IMG/VR virus record: IMGVR_UViG_3300044639_000797
Direction: 5' to 3' (one strand)
Source of the DNA: an uncultured virus (IMG/VR IMGVR_UViG_3300044639_000797)
Taxonomy: Duplodnaviria > Heunggongvirae > Uroviricota > Caudoviricetes
Length of the DNA stretch: 64,000 bases
Positions 29,401 through 39,320 of the stretch are shown here, piece after piece (position 1 is the stretch's first letter; each line of letters begins with the position of its first letter). A program made the translations under genes and the position numbers. The notes under the pieces are model-generated. The model saw nothing but the letters and a program-made list of their open reading frames with translations. It did not search any database and was not told the origin of the DNA.

Positions 29401-32400
29401 TTAACAATGCCCTAAGAACTAGTGATCCTCTTTTATGGGATAGTCTACAAAAAGCCCATACCCAAGCTAAGCAAGCTAAGAAAGCAGTTGCAGAAACAGC
29501 TAGAGTTGAAAGAGTACAAAAAGTAGCTGAGCGAGAGAAACTAGAAACACCTCCTGCAACAGGGTTAAAAGCAGTGGTAGCTAAAGCTACTAAACGTACA
29601 TCTAAAGATATAAGGGCGGCTGTTGAACGTAAGAAAGCATTAGATGCTCAGATAACACAAGAACTGCAAGGCATACAAGCTGCTCACCCTGAAGATATTA
29701 TTGAGCCTGAAGTTGAAGTTAAAAAACCTGAGCCTATAGTTGAAGTTAAAAAACCTGAGCCTATAGTTGAAGTTAAAAAACCTGAGCCTGAAGTTGAAGT
29801 TGAAGTTAAAAAGCCTGAGCCTATAACACAAGCAGTTCCTGTAACATCCTTAGACGAACAAGAACTTAATAACTCATTTAAAGAGCTAAGCCATAAAAAA
29901 GCTACGGGTATAGGAAAGGGAGTGTCAGATACATTTGACCTCCAAGACTATCTCATGAAGACAGCTACTACTACGGCAGGTATTAATGACGTCCATGCTA
30001 GTAACGTAAAAACAGCTCTAATAAACCACGCTGCAGAAACAAAGACAGTAGAGGAATTAATAAATAAAGTTGCAGGGGGGAAAGACTTTAACTCTTTAGA
30101 TGAATCTAGTAAAGCTAAAATAAGGCACTTACAGTCTCTTGAAACTGACGCTATAAAAGAAGTAAATGATATAGAAGAAAAATTTGGGCACCATGACTGG
30201 TTTAAAAAGATTAAAGAAGAAGTGAATAAAGCTGCTTCCAAATCTGAAACAGTCCCTAAACCCAAAAAAGCTAAACCTAAAGCTGAAGCTAAACCTAAAG
30301 AAAAAGTAGTAACTAAACCTAAAGTAGAGAACGCTCCTGAGTGGGCACAATATTATGCTACTAGAGCTAACGGTACAGTTGTACACATATCTAAAGGAGA
30401 GAAGGGTAAAGAAATGGCCCTAATACAAGGATACAATGCTTTTGGCAGCCCAACATTTACTCCTGCTAAAGAGGGGGCTAGAGGGACAAAAGATGTTGAG
30501 TCTTATAAAGAGGATGAGTTTTTTTCTGCTGACGAATTAAAAACACTTATTGAAGCTAAAAATAAATGGTTAGAAGCAGATAAAGCATTACATGAAGCTA
30601 ACCCTAACGGCCCCTTTAAAGCTGGAGGAGATACAGCTTACTCTGAAAATGTACCTGAAAATATTAAAGGTGTTATAGAAGGGTGGAAAAAGTTAATGGG
30701 TATCAAGGAGCGTGTCTATTTTACTACTATCAATGATGCTAAGTCAGCAGTTTATCACGGTCCTTATGCAGCTATACCTTCTCATGCTTTAAATGAGATG
30801 GAGGGGGGTAATATGCGTAAGTTATCTAATGGAGATTTTATTGTTGCATATAGACCTAGTGCTAAGCTAACTCAAACATTAGAAATCATCTCGCATGAGA
30901 TGGGGCATATATTAGAAAAAACTAGTTATGCTAATGCTGATGCAGCTACTAGAGCTGCTATAAAAGCTGATTTTAATAAGTGGTTAGCTTCTACGAAAGG
31001 TAAGACTGCTAGAGAACATGTTGAGAGTCTACGTGCTCGTAGCACAGGGAAAGGTACTAAAGGGTTAGAGGGATACACTAGTGAAGAGTTAAATAGGTAT
31101 TGGAGAAAAGAAGAAGAATGGTTCTCAGATCAAGTATCTCGATGGGCGACCACAACTGCTAAACCTGTGTCTATAGTAGAGAAATTCTTTTCACGTTTAG
31201 GTAAGGCTCTAAGAAACTTTTTCTTAAGTAACAGGCAGTATCTACCAACTAAGAACATGCATGCATGGTTAGATTCTTTAGAAGGTATTAACATATCAGA
31301 AGGAAAAGAAGTTAAGGATACTGGGGAACTAGAGCAAATGAAATCCACAGTAGGTCCAAGCAAAGCCGCTAAGGATCTGGGTAAAACTATTGTTGATGAA
31401 GGCCTTGTTAAGACATCAGATAAGAAGCCTATAGACTCTGTTAAGGACGGGTTTGAACTTGCTAAGAAACACGGAACGCTTACAAAACTTGCTACAGGTT
31501 GGATAGATTCTAGTAGAGGGTTAAGTAGAGCTCTGTCTGAATTAGACTCTATAGATGTAAAAGGTGAGATGCGGGCTGATTTGATCCACAGTAAACTGCA
31601 ACAGATATACAACCTAGTGCGTGAGTGTTTTAGTGAAGGGTATTTAGTCCTGTCAGGTGATGGTGGCTTGATGACTAAGCTAGATAAATCTCTCGCTCTG
31701 GAACATATATTTAAACGTATTGATGCTCTTGGTTATCCAGACTCCCGTAAAACATTTTTCTCGGTAATGCGTGTACTGGCTGGGGAATCTAACCTACGTC
31801 ATGATGCGGAACAACGAGCACTTGCTAAGAGGTATACAGACTATATACGTGTTAGACAGAAAGATGTTGAGAACCTTGAAGGTGGGATTGTTGATGCTAA
31901 GAGGGCTAAAAATAAAGTAGCTGTAGCCCAACTACAAAAAGACCTTAGAGAACTAAATAGCAAGTTGTCAGCATTTAAAGCAGAAGCTAAAAGGGTATAT
32001 GATCGAGTAGGTAAGAAGTCTTTAGTTGATATAGAGGCTGACATAGCTCGTAAAGAAGCCGTTGCCCAAAAGAAAGAAGCGTTAGCTGCCGCTACTGCTG
32101 ATGCTACTATGAAAGATAAACTTAACAAGGAAGCATCTGACCTACGGGACAGTATAGAGCGGTTATCTAGCAAGATAGAGGGTACTGGCGTAGGTACTGA
32201 GAAACGTGTAACTCAAGAACAGATTGATATAGTTAAAGAACTACTAGCTAATGATGATAGGCTAGAACCTATTATGGCTGACATATACACCGCACTGCGC
32301 AAGTCTGTAGATTTATGGGAAGAGACAGGACTAATAGATGCAGATACCGCTGACAACTGGCGTGATAACCCTGCTTATATCCCACTCTATAAGAGCATGG

Positions 32401-34325
32401 ATGATAAAGAAACAGATGATATGCTAAATGATCCTTCTAAGTACGTACAGATGTTGATGGTTGGGGCTAAATCTGAAGCTAAAGTACATGCACGTAAAGG
32501 TGGCTTACACGATGTAAATGTCGGTGAGAACTTAGTAAAGCATTTTGCATTTATGGCAGGTGCGGCTGCACAGAATCAGTACAGAAAGATAGCGGCTAAG
32601 CAGCTAGAAGTTGTAGGTGCTGCAAAAGAAATACCTACAACAATTAATGGGAAAGAGGTTACGCCTGATGACCCACAAGCAGTTATGTTTAAAGAAGATG
32701 GAAAAAAAGTTTATTATCACGTGAGCGATCCAGTTGCGTTTGAAGCATTTCAAACCATGATACCTGTTCTTGGATCTTTTGCTAAGGCTGCTCAACACTA
32801 TACCAAGTTTTTTAGAACAGCAACACTGGTTAATCCTGTATATTGGTATCGCCAGCTTATTCGTGATCCTCTCCATGCTAATCTTGTCTCACGTACTGGA
32901 ACTATTACACCTCTACATGCACTGAAAGCCTTTGCTGAAATCTTAACAGACCGATCAGGTACATATAAAACATTAAAGAGACACGGGGTTGTAGGTGCAG
33001 TTGACTCTATATCTGATCCTAAGCAGTTTGTTAAAGCAGCGGCTCTTGAGCGGGGTGTAGTTAGGAAGTCGGCTGATTGGGTTATGCGTATCCATGAGGC
33101 GGCTGATGCTGCTACTCGTGTAGCTATTTTTGATAAGGCTGTAAAAGAAGCAAATAAGAAGGGTATTAAAGGCCAACAAGCTGAGAACTTTGCCGCTATG
33201 CGGGCTAGGGAGATAATCAACTTCTCTAAGAAAGGTAACGCTCAACAGATAGCTGCTATACGAGCTACTGTACCCTTTTTCTCTTCACAGTTAAATGCTA
33301 TGGATACCCTTGCTAGAGCTGCATTTCCGGGTAAGTATGGTAACTTAAATAAAGCAGAAGCGGCTGAAGCTAAGAAACATTTTTATGCTAATGCGGCTAT
33401 GTTAGTTACAGCGTCTATGGCATTTGCACTAGTTATGCAGGACGATGAAGAATATCAGAAATCTCCTGATTGGGTAGATAACTGGCTTATTCCTACAGGC
33501 GACAAGGAAAACCCTTTTTGGAAAATACCGATCCCGTTTGAAGCAGGGTTTTTATTTAAAGTTATCCCTGAAGCTATAATACGTATGCTGAGTGGTACGC
33601 TTACTTACAATCAAGGCATGAAGTCTATTACAGATGCGGGGAATAGGTTGTTAATACCCTCCTTACCAATACCTCAAATACTAAAACCGATAGCTGAAGT
33701 AGTAGCAAACCATGATTACCATACAGGAAACCCTATTGAAAATTACTCAGAGAGCCGTCTACCTAAAGAGCAACGCACAGCACATGCCTCAGAACTTTCT
33801 AAGTTACTAGGTGAAGCCCTACCAATATCTCCGGATAATATAGAGCATCTAGGGCGTGGTTGGGCTACAGGTGCATGGGCTATGTCAGCTGCATTAGCTG
33901 ACGCTTTCTTAAATAAAGGTGTATCGGCCCCAGAAAAGGCTTGGAGTGAAACTTATTTGGGTAAAGGAGTTCTTTCAAAAGGACATACAGATAGAGCCTT
34001 AAGCGAGTTCTATAGTGCAGCTACAGGCGCTTCTCAAATACACAATGCTGTAATGGCGGCTAATAAAATGGGGGATAGAGAAACTGTTGATGCTATTAAG
34101 AACGACCCCGATAAGCTAAAACAGTTTAAAGCATCTCCTGCTCTTCAGGACATAGGCACAAGCATCAGTGCTATGCAGCATAATATTAAACGTATTAAAG
34201 CTATGAAGGATACAGAAGTGTCCCCTGCAGAAAAAGCTAAACGTATTAGGGTAGTTCAAGATAGGATCAACAAACTAGCACAAAAAGCACTGGTTGTTGG
34301 TAAGCGGTTTGACTTAGACATATAA
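26412..34325 (+). CDS. Giant polyvalent internal virion protein: lytic transglycosylase + zincin-like HExxH + LPD38-like C-terminus
   Basis: ES.FNP.A.S..GA.GLMQLMP.TA and AAYN.G (SLT). HEMGH...EEWF. DDEEY....W..NW.IP.....KIPIPFE.G. Confidence 0.85.
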   Translation: MANTEIDPFAYNPAAAASIFGELPPQAAPEEVDISQYLPQAQPMQGRSSSYDEAFQQAESQYGLPSGLLSTIGFHESRFNPNAVSPAGAEGLMQLMPPTAKEYGVNARDPYASIDAAGKKMSGLVKYYNGDMAKAVAAYNYGEGNLNRAIRKAGDNWISAVPRETQFYVSKVLGGQPQGQEAQGPQEDTYPIPLASGKTLYAPKGMPREEALASARAQGVDAVGLRDISLASGKTLQVPEHLTDEEAIKRASEAHPDIDFTLAKKDLGPRTTGGFFKDVGATTLKGVTSLAQSVIGLADIITPGDLGAAVENNVVDLSKYQDYLDKQFSPQTQEAIKNLNEAHGLGNILQAAKENPSAVLSMVGQAIPQMVGAAGPAKAALYGLGKLSTKATPAIASAIENYGAYGAAGAGEGLLGAGGAKENLREINPEGEATGVNTLAALGTGAGTALFGAVGSKATTALGGVDPTVMFMGGLKKAAVDAVGDVATTPGFFKSTLVSMVGEGVLEEAPQSAVEQMFQNYATNSPLLDGVPDSAFKGAVIGALMGGGANVGSRIAAPPTPTPTPEVAPPEAGVIPPEAETEVEEKEPVVRGRGTLFTPEDEAILAERTKGKKEKQAVEQVVAGAPAVEEVVAGAPAVEEVVPEPTVKAKKEKPVKTEPTWLTETLGLPESSAVYKRIASQGLDINNPEQHDAIDRALAPLSTNKKISGDQWSVLDQRMEAVKQGQPIPTPEIQNAQQIPSPSPIVRDGSTQPQEGQAVENIPQVGKGMEPSRQGEPIAQKGAEEKEVGKVGKVGKVEEAPREHVVWRTPDANDKTFTYNHPKTALDLGNYTYVFDTKDNSYSVNDRDIHIYKRGEKREGFSSKADLGTSGHTYIRSPKLDARSTLTETHIDENTPWPSDVPLTLRKALIQHAGAKTTEQIKASEKNLLTVVNQLEEDNRAEQVVLPQGIKVPKVQVPEVKAPTEKPVKGLNAVQKRYKEHIVNGTLDEADNAVKDLNNALRTSDPLLWDSLQKAHTQAKQAKKAVAETARVERVQKVAEREKLETPPATGLKAVVAKATKRTSKDIRAAVERKKALDAQITQELQGIQAAHPEDIIEPEVEVKKPEPIVEVKKPEPIVEVKKPEPEVEVEVKKPEPITQAVPVTSLDEQELNNSFKELSHKKATGIGKGVSDTFDLQDYLMKTATTTAGINDVHASNVKTALINHAAETKTVEELINKVAGGKDFNSLDESSKAKIRHLQSLETDAIKEVNDIEEKFGHHDWFKKIKEEVNKAASKSETVPKPKKAKPKAEAKPKEKVVTKPKVENAPEWAQYYATRANGTVVHISKGEKGKEMALIQGYNAFGSPTFTPAKEGARGTKDVESYKEDEFFSADELKTLIEAKNKWLEADKALHEANPNGPFKAGGDTAYSENVPENIKGVIEGWKKLMGIKERVYFTTINDAKSAVYHGPYAAIPSHALNEMEGGNMRKLSNGDFIVAYRPSAKLTQTLEIISHEMGHILEKTSYANADAATRAAIKADFNKWLASTKGKTAREHVESLRARSTGKGTKGLEGYTSEELNRYWRKEEEWFSDQVSRWATTTAKPVSIVEKFFSRLGKALRNFFLSNRQYLPTKNMHAWLDSLEGINISEGKEVKDTGELEQMKSTVGPSKAAKDLGKTIVDEGLVKTSDKKPIDSVKDGFELAKKHGTLTKLATGWIDSSRGLSRALSELDSIDVKGEMRADLIHSKLQQIYNLVRECFSEGYLVLSGDGGLMTKLDKSLALEHIFKRIDALGYPDSRKTFFSVMRVLAGESNLRHDAEQRALAKRYTDYIRVRQKDVENLEGGIVDAKRAKNKVAVAQLQKDLRELNSKLSAFKAEAKRVYDRVGKKSLVDIEADIARKEAVAQKKEALAAATADATMKDKLNKEASDLRDSIERLSSKIEGTGVGTEKRVTQEQIDIVKELLANDDRLEPIMADIYTALRKSVDLWEETGLIDADTADNWRDNPAYIPLYKSMDDKETDDMLNDPSKYVQMLMVGAKSEAKVHARKGGLHDVNVGENLVKHFAFMAGAAAQNQYRKIAAKQLEVVGAAKEIPTTINGKEVTPDDPQAVMFKEDGKKVYYHVSDPVAFEAFQTMIPVLGSFAKAAQHYTKFFRTATLVNPVYWYRQLIRDPLHANLVSRTGTITPLHALKAFAEILTDRSGTYKTLKRHGVVGAVDSISDPKQFVKAAALERGVVRKSADWVMRIHEAADAATRVAIFDKAVKEANKKGIKGQQAENFAAMRAREIINFSKKGNAQQIAAIRATVPFFSSQLNAMDTLARAAFPGKYGNLNKAEAAEAKKHFYANAAMLVTASMAFALVMQDDEEYQKSPDWVDNWLIPTGDKENPFWKIPIPFEAGFLFKVIPEAIIRMLSGTLTYNQGMKSITDAGNRLLIPSLPIPQILKPIAEVVANHDYHTGNPIENYSESRLPKEQRTAHASELSKLLGEALPISPDNIEHLGRGWATGAWAMSAALADAFLNKGVSAPEKAWSETYLGKGVLSKGHTDRALSEFYSAATGASQIHNAVMAANKMGDRETVDAIKNDPDKLKQFKASPALQDIGTSISAMQHNIKRIKAMKDTEVSPAEKAKRIRVVQDRINKLAQKALVVGKRFDLDI
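29704..29825 (+). repeat. Intragenic 27-nt-based repeat (VEVKKPEPI)
   Basis: Four copies of GTTGAAGTTAAAAARCCTGAGCCT. Confidence 0.85.
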
Positions 34326-34326
34326 G

Positions 34327-34354
34327 GAAGGGGGCGATATGCCCCCTCTTTTTT
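34327..34354 (+). terminator. Terminator at the convergence of the late and replication arms
   Basis: AGGGGGC-GATAT-GCCCCCT followed by C and a T-run. Confidence 0.85.
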
Positions 34355-37154
34355 ACTGGATTTTTGATGCGTCTAATACTAATGCTAATACTGCAGGGCT
34401 GTCTTGTGGCGTACCTGCTGACATCCGTACTCTGGATATATCTAAGAGAATCCCCATTTTAGATAAGTCGTCTGTCATACAACTATACGATATCTGCTTC
34501 TTAGCACACCATGATTTTAATACCGAAGATATAATATATGCTCGTTGTACATCAGGCTCCCTCCTAACGATCAGTGCGCCGCGAGGTGATTCTATCGGTA
34601 GTGTCATCATACCCTCTATAGTCGGTGCTTTTTGATTTATAACCAGTTGATTCTGTATATGCTCAGATAAGAATGTACCTAAAAACGCACTCGATCTTTC
34701 AAGAGAAGACTCAGCAGGTATCTGTGCTTTCCTATTTAACTGCTTAACCATACGATCAAACACAGGTTTAACTGGGATATCTACTAACCCTAAATCGTTT
34801 GCTACCTTACCACCCCATAGAGCTGTTGCACATAATGCTGAGTAGTATCTGTCAGGCTGTCCAAGCCCTGCCGCCTTATCAAACTCTATTTGTATAAGCT
34901 CTAAGTCTTTAATGCAGTCATCATAGTTATCTAGTACATACTGCATCATTACCTCGCCAGCATGTCCGTAGTTTTTTATCATGTCTCTAGAGAATATCTG
35001 GTCAGTCTCTTGCTTAGTCATACTATCACTACGTACTACCTCTATCTCCAACACACGCAACAGCTCGCCTTCTGGATCAGCTTTATCTGTCTGTAATACT
35101 TCGTGCAAACTGTTGTTCCCAGAGGTGATGCAAGGTAGAGACCATGTTGTGTTATTCACTCGCTCTGAGTTAGCTGATGCTTGTAGCCTGTTTTTACCAC
35201 GCCCATTAGTAACACCAAATGCCAAGTTACTTACTTCGGTAGGGTGTAAATTAGTAAGCTCATCCATACACAGAATCATATTCTGCACTACACCCATACG
35301 ATGGTACTTAGACTGCACTGTATCATCTCTCACCAGCATTGCTAAATCAGGATGTCCCCAAACACTATTAGCTACCTTTTGAACAGTCGATTTACCTACC
35401 CCAGAAGATGCATTAGTTAAGTGCACAATAGCACCACCTAAAGAGAAAAACTTAAACATCGGTGCGCCTAAGCTAAGGAACAAAGCAAAAGCCCTTACCT
35501 CATTACCTTCCAATGCATAGCAATTCGCTACCTTTTTCCACTCGTCTAAGGTCCCTGCCTTAGAGTATATGTGCACTATGTTTTCAGTAGCCGCCGATGG
35601 AGGGCTATACTTAGGAGGAGCGTCTTTTGTGAGCTCCCGTGTACCTATAACAAAAGATCTGTCACTATCATTCCAACCAAATTGTACTCTCACTAATTCC
35701 GCCTTAGATGTATTCTGTAAATGTTTAGTCCATATCACCAAATAGCTCATTAGATTTCTCATCTGATTGCTACCTGCGGCGACACCACGCTGTGATAACA
35801 TATCTCTGCATTTATCCCCTGCTGTTACCGTAGCAAGAGGTGCTGTAAAATCACTAACCCCATCATGGGGTCTAATAAGTCTCATGTGGATAACTTCTCC
35901 TGCATCAGGATCAGTACGTCTACCCACTACATATAAGTCGTTCTCATACACGAGGTTCTTATCATCTTCTCCTTCCTCTATATCGTCTAGCGGCTTCTTG
36001 ACATATACGCCACCTTTCGGTCCTCTGAAATAAGGGAAAGGGTATTCTGGTATCTCTATATCAACCACACCCAAATCAGGGCTAACTGCAGTTACTATAT
36101 TCTCAGTAGGTGTAGCTTCTAGTATCTCTTTCCCTAATACGATAGGGGTGCGTATCTTACCCCAAAAAGAACACCCATCACATAAAGACTCATTAAAAGG
36201 TCTAAACGTCTTGCATAGTTGTGGAGCTTCACATTTCGTAGCTTTTATCTCTGTTTCAACAGGATTGTATTCAGCATGTTTATTAGACAGGTTGTGTATA
36301 GCCGTCTCCCTATCAGTGCAGTATTGAGCAATAGATAGTCCAGCTCTCCAATGAGGTTCCGTTATGTCATCAGGGTTATTAAATATGTAGGCTAAATGTG
36401 CACAACCTTTACCCTCTAAACTCTTCTCCATAATGCGAGAAAACTTGTAAACCGTATTGCCAAGTAATGCTCTTGTAGTGTCATTTAACCCATTACCTGA
36501 TATAGACCCTGAGCCTGACAGCTCCATCATAGCTACAGGAGATAGATCACCTGTACTTAGTATCTGCTTAAACATCTCTACTGGGTTTGGCGGGCTCAGC
36601 TTTAAGAGTGTTACATCAGCTTCCAGACCACCTTTGAAATTAATAGTGCTGGGGAGTCTTAAAATTCTAACTGCATCTGTCGTTATCCCTAAATCCTTTA
36701 CACTAAACTCCGAGGACATAATACGTTCTTTAAGGGAGTTAGCTAGAGGCTTCCAAATGTCATAACCTACAGCCTCAGTAAAAGTCCAGTAGATGTGCAA
36801 CCCATAGCCAGACGATACGATAGTAGGAGCAGGGAGCTTTAACGCCGCTGCAAAATTCTTTAAAGCAACTAACCCATCATGTTGAGTAGGGTAATCTGTA
36901 TTCTTACCTATATCTAAATCAATAAATAAGTTTTTAAATTCTTTAGCGTTCTTTGTGTTTCTACTTTTGTTGTTGTTATATGTTGAAGGAGAAAAATACG
37001 CATCTCTCCCTTGCGGTGGTTGCTCTTCAGCCCACTTATCTATAGCCTCTATGGAGTCAAAAAATACCTGCCACGCTTTACCTTTTTGCATAGCAGCTAC
37101 ACAGTACACCCCCTGAGACGGTAAAACAGTGTTTAAAAAATCTAGCCTATTCAT
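34353..37154 (-). CDS. Primase-helicase (AEP-like N-terminus, DUF927-like region and P-loop C-terminus)
   Basis: DLD and SG.GLH.YW, C..C cluster, Walker A SGVGKST, Walker B LCMDE. Confidence 0.85.
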   Translation of the reverse strand: MNRLDFLNTVLPSQGVYCVAAMQKGKAWQVFFDSIEAIDKWAEEQPPQGRDAYFSPSTYNNNKSRNTKNAKEFKNLFIDLDIGKNTDYPTQHDGLVALKNFAAALKLPAPTIVSSGYGLHIYWTFTEAVGYDIWKPLANSLKERIMSSEFSVKDLGITTDAVRILRLPSTINFKGGLEADVTLLKLSPPNPVEMFKQILSTGDLSPVAMMELSGSGSISGNGLNDTTRALLGNTVYKFSRIMEKSLEGKGCAHLAYIFNNPDDITEPHWRAGLSIAQYCTDRETAIHNLSNKHAEYNPVETEIKATKCEAPQLCKTFRPFNESLCDGCSFWGKIRTPIVLGKEILEATPTENIVTAVSPDLGVVDIEIPEYPFPYFRGPKGGVYVKKPLDDIEEGEDDKNLVYENDLYVVGRRTDPDAGEVIHMRLIRPHDGVSDFTAPLATVTAGDKCRDMLSQRGVAAGSNQMRNLMSYLVIWTKHLQNTSKAELVRVQFGWNDSDRSFVIGTRELTKDAPPKYSPPSAATENIVHIYSKAGTLDEWKKVANCYALEGNEVRAFALFLSLGAPMFKFFSLGGAIVHLTNASSGVGKSTVQKVANSVWGHPDLAMLVRDDTVQSKYHRMGVVQNMILCMDELTNLHPTEVSNLAFGVTNGRGKNRLQASANSERVNNTTWSLPCITSGNNSLHEVLQTDKADPEGELLRVLEIEVVRSDSMTKQETDQIFSRDMIKNYGHAGEVMMQYVLDNYDDCIKDLELIQIEFDKAAGLGQPDRYYSALCATALWGGKVANDLGLVDIPVKPVFDRMVKQLNRKAQIPAESSLERSSAFLGTFLSEHIQNQLVINQKAPTIEGMMTLPIESPRGALIVRREPDVQRAYIISSVLKSWCAKKQISYSCMTDDLSKMGILLDISRVRMSAGTPQDSPAVLALVLDASKIQ

Positions 37155-37176
37155 GGCACATACCTGAATTTACGGG

Positions 37177-37203
37177 AAAAAAAGGGGCGGTATTATCCGC
37201 CCC
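37177..37203 (-). terminator. Rho-independent terminator
   Basis: GGGCGG-ATAATA-CCGCCC followed by C and T7 on the - strand. Confidence 0.85.
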
Positions 37204-37222
37204 GTAAGCACAGGAGAGTAGG

Positions 37223-38098
37223 TTAATCAGCCCATTCAGCTAATACCGATTCCATAGAGGCTGGTGCCGCCGCTGGTTTCTTTTCCCTAACAGTAGGTTC
37301 TACTGTCGCTTCAGGTGTAGGAGCAGGTGCGGGTTTCTGTACAAATGTAAGTTCTTCAGGCTCTGAAGACCTCGCCGCAGGTGGTTGGAAAGACATAGTA
37401 ACTGCAAGTTTAGCTTCTGGGGATTCCCCATGTTTCTTAATAGCTTCTAGCTCTGGGATATCTAAAGCACGTACCGCTCTAAATACCATCTTAGGTGTAG
37501 CAGAGTCAGTATCAAAGCGCATCTCAGTAACTACGTCTGTGATGTTAAGCCCATTTGCTCCTAGCAATTTAGCATACTGGAATAAAGGCATTTTGTTGTT
37601 CTCACCTTTACCGAACAGAGAAGTAGCCGCTAAAGACAGTTCATACAACTCACCACTAACTGCATCATTCTCTAACAAAACTGCTAGTCTATGCGTATAT
37701 CGGCAAGCTCTACCATTACCTTGTTTTGCTGAACCTTGAATGTTCTGTGGGCATGTTGCACAGTTCACAGACTGTGGTGCTTCACTGCTTTTATCAGGAC
37801 GTTCCCCATCATTGCTCCAGCATACAGGTGCAGTAACTACACCCTCTTGATACGTTGCCGAGTAATACTGTCTTGATGTTTTAGGAGCCGCCGCCGCAAT
37901 GATGATGTTCATTGCGCGATCTTCATTCTTAGCAATCTCTTGCCCACCCACTACCATACGGAAGATATTACCCTTGATAGAAATACGTCTAGAGCTAGTG
38001 CCCCCCATAAGAGCTTTAGTAGTTGCACTTAACTCTGTGTTTCTGAAATGTGCTGGAACTGCACCGCCGTTTTTAAAAATACTTAATTCGTTGCTCAT
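37223..38098 (-). CDS. Putative ssDNA-binding protein
   Basis: P.CWS.DG..P, C..CP...GS...G.AC, flexible tail with acidic/aromatic end. Replication module. Confidence 0.55.
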   Translation of the reverse strand: MSNELSIFKNGGAVPAHFRNTELSATTKALMGGTSSRRISIKGNIFRMVVGGQEIAKNEDRAMNIIIAAAAPKTSRQYYSATYQEGVVTAPVCWSNDGERPDKSSEAPQSVNCATCPQNIQGSAKQGNGRACRYTHRLAVLLENDAVSGELYELSLAATSLFGKGENNKMPLFQYAKLLGANGLNITDVVTEMRFDTDSATPKMVFRAVRALDIPELEAIKKHGESPEAKLAVTMSFQPPAARSSEPEELTFVQKPAPAPTPEATVEPTVREKKPAAAPASMESVLAEWAD

Positions 38099-38314
38099 TT
38101 AAATTTCCTCGGTTGGTTGTTTGGTTATTGTAGTTCTTTTGGTTAATAGGTCTCTGACATTGTCTTCTCTGAAGAGGACACTCTTTCCTCCCATGAAGTA
38201 TGTTTCAAGGGCACCTGACTGTCTTAATCGGTGTAGGGAACTGCGAGAGAGGCCTAGTATCTTACTAACTTCTTTTCCCGTCAAGTAAACTTGATCGGTT
38301 TCTTCATCAATCAT
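38099..38314 (-). CDS. Excisionase/HTH_17-like DNA-binding protein
   Basis: YLT.KEV..ILGLSRSSL.RL..SG.L. Confidence 0.8.
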   Translation of the reverse strand: MIDEETDQVYLTGKEVSKILGLSRSSLHRLRQSGALETYFMGGKSVLFREDNVRDLLTKRTTITKQPTEEI

Positions 38315-38315
38315 A

Positions 38316-38699
38316 TTATTTTCTCCTAACTGTAATGCTATAACGACTATCTACGTTCATACCGGGAGGCATGAGAGTAGGGTTTTCTTCTAAAAAGTTT
38401 TTCATATTGGTTTGGTGTACTCGTTGCTCCATTAAATCTAATGCGTCGTGGTCTTTAATGAATTGCTTCATGCTCCCCCAATCCGATGTCCAATACCTAG
38501 TTTTAATGGTTTTAAACACACTACCTGCAGGTGTTCGTAATCCTTCAGCTCCAGTCTCTTTACACATTTCTAATAAGGCTTGTGTAACTTGCTCTTGCTG
38601 TTCTTTTATTTTTCCATCTGCTTCATCAAACTCTCTTTGGAGCTTTACTCGTGCATCGCGCATTTTTATGTATATTGTTACTAGTTGTTCTGCGTTCAT
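38316..38699 (-). CDS. Replication-module hypothetical protein
   Basis: Coiled coil, then T..G, DW and PPG motifs. Confidence 0.7.
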   Translation of the reverse strand: MNAEQLVTIYIKMRDARVKLQREFDEADGKIKEQQEQVTQALLEMCKETGAEGLRTPAGSVFKTIKTRYWTSDWGSMKQFIKDHDALDLMEQRVHQTNMKNFLEENPTLMPPGMNVDSRYSITVRRK

Positions 38700-38708
38700 T
38701 TCTGTCTC

Positions 38709-38996
38709 CTATTCTACAGGTAAGCCTATATCAGTCCCCGGAAGGGGTATAAGCATCTCAGGTGTTGCAACACCAGCATCTGGAATTATGAATGTTGTTG
38801 GTGCGTTTGGTCCTACGATAGCTGTCATGCCACCTACATCCATAACTTGTGTAACCCCTTCACCGCCCATGTCAGCTATAGCATACCCATTAGCTGTAGG
38901 TATAACCGCTTTCATAGCTTGCCCCGGAGTTAGTATAAGAGCCGCCGCTATAGATACTGTTGGTGCTAACAACATTAAAAACATAATACTTTTCAT
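38709..38996 (-). CDS. Hypothetical exported protein
   Basis: Signal-peptide-like N-terminus MKSIMFLMLLAPTVSIAA. SD GGAG. Confidence 0.55.
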   Translation of the reverse strand: MKSIMFLMLLAPTVSIAAALILTPGQAMKAVIPTANGYAIADMGGEGVTQVMDVGGMTAIVGPNAPTTFIIPDAGVATPEMLIPLPGTDIGLPVE

Positions 38997-39005
38997 AGCT
39001 TTCTC

Positions 39006-39320
39006 CTAGTGTAGAGATTTAGGGGTCTCTAAAAAAGCACGTATCTCTTTAGCTAATACCCCCCGTTCATGTTGTTCACAACTCATAATTAAATTTTGAA
39101 TTGTGTTTATAGCTATTGTCCTATGCATATTTTCTAGGGCTTTCATATAAACCTCTGCGTAAGGTTCTCCATTGGGTACACTAAACCCTACCCCTCCCTC
39201 TGAGACAAATAGTTCTACCCTTACGAATACGCCTTCAGGGTCTTCTCCAAACACTTCCTCAAATTCTTCTCTCATTGTTTCATCATCATCTTCTCTAGTT
39301 ATAATATCTTCTCTAATCAT
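39006..39320 (-). CDS. Hypothetical acidic protein
   Basis: Coupled ORF. Confidence 0.6.
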   Translation of the reverse strand: MIREDIITREDDDETMREEFEEVFGEDPEGVFVRVELFVSEGGVGFSVPNGEPYAEVYMKALENMHRTIAINTIQNLIMSCEQHERGVLAKEIRAFLETPKSLH

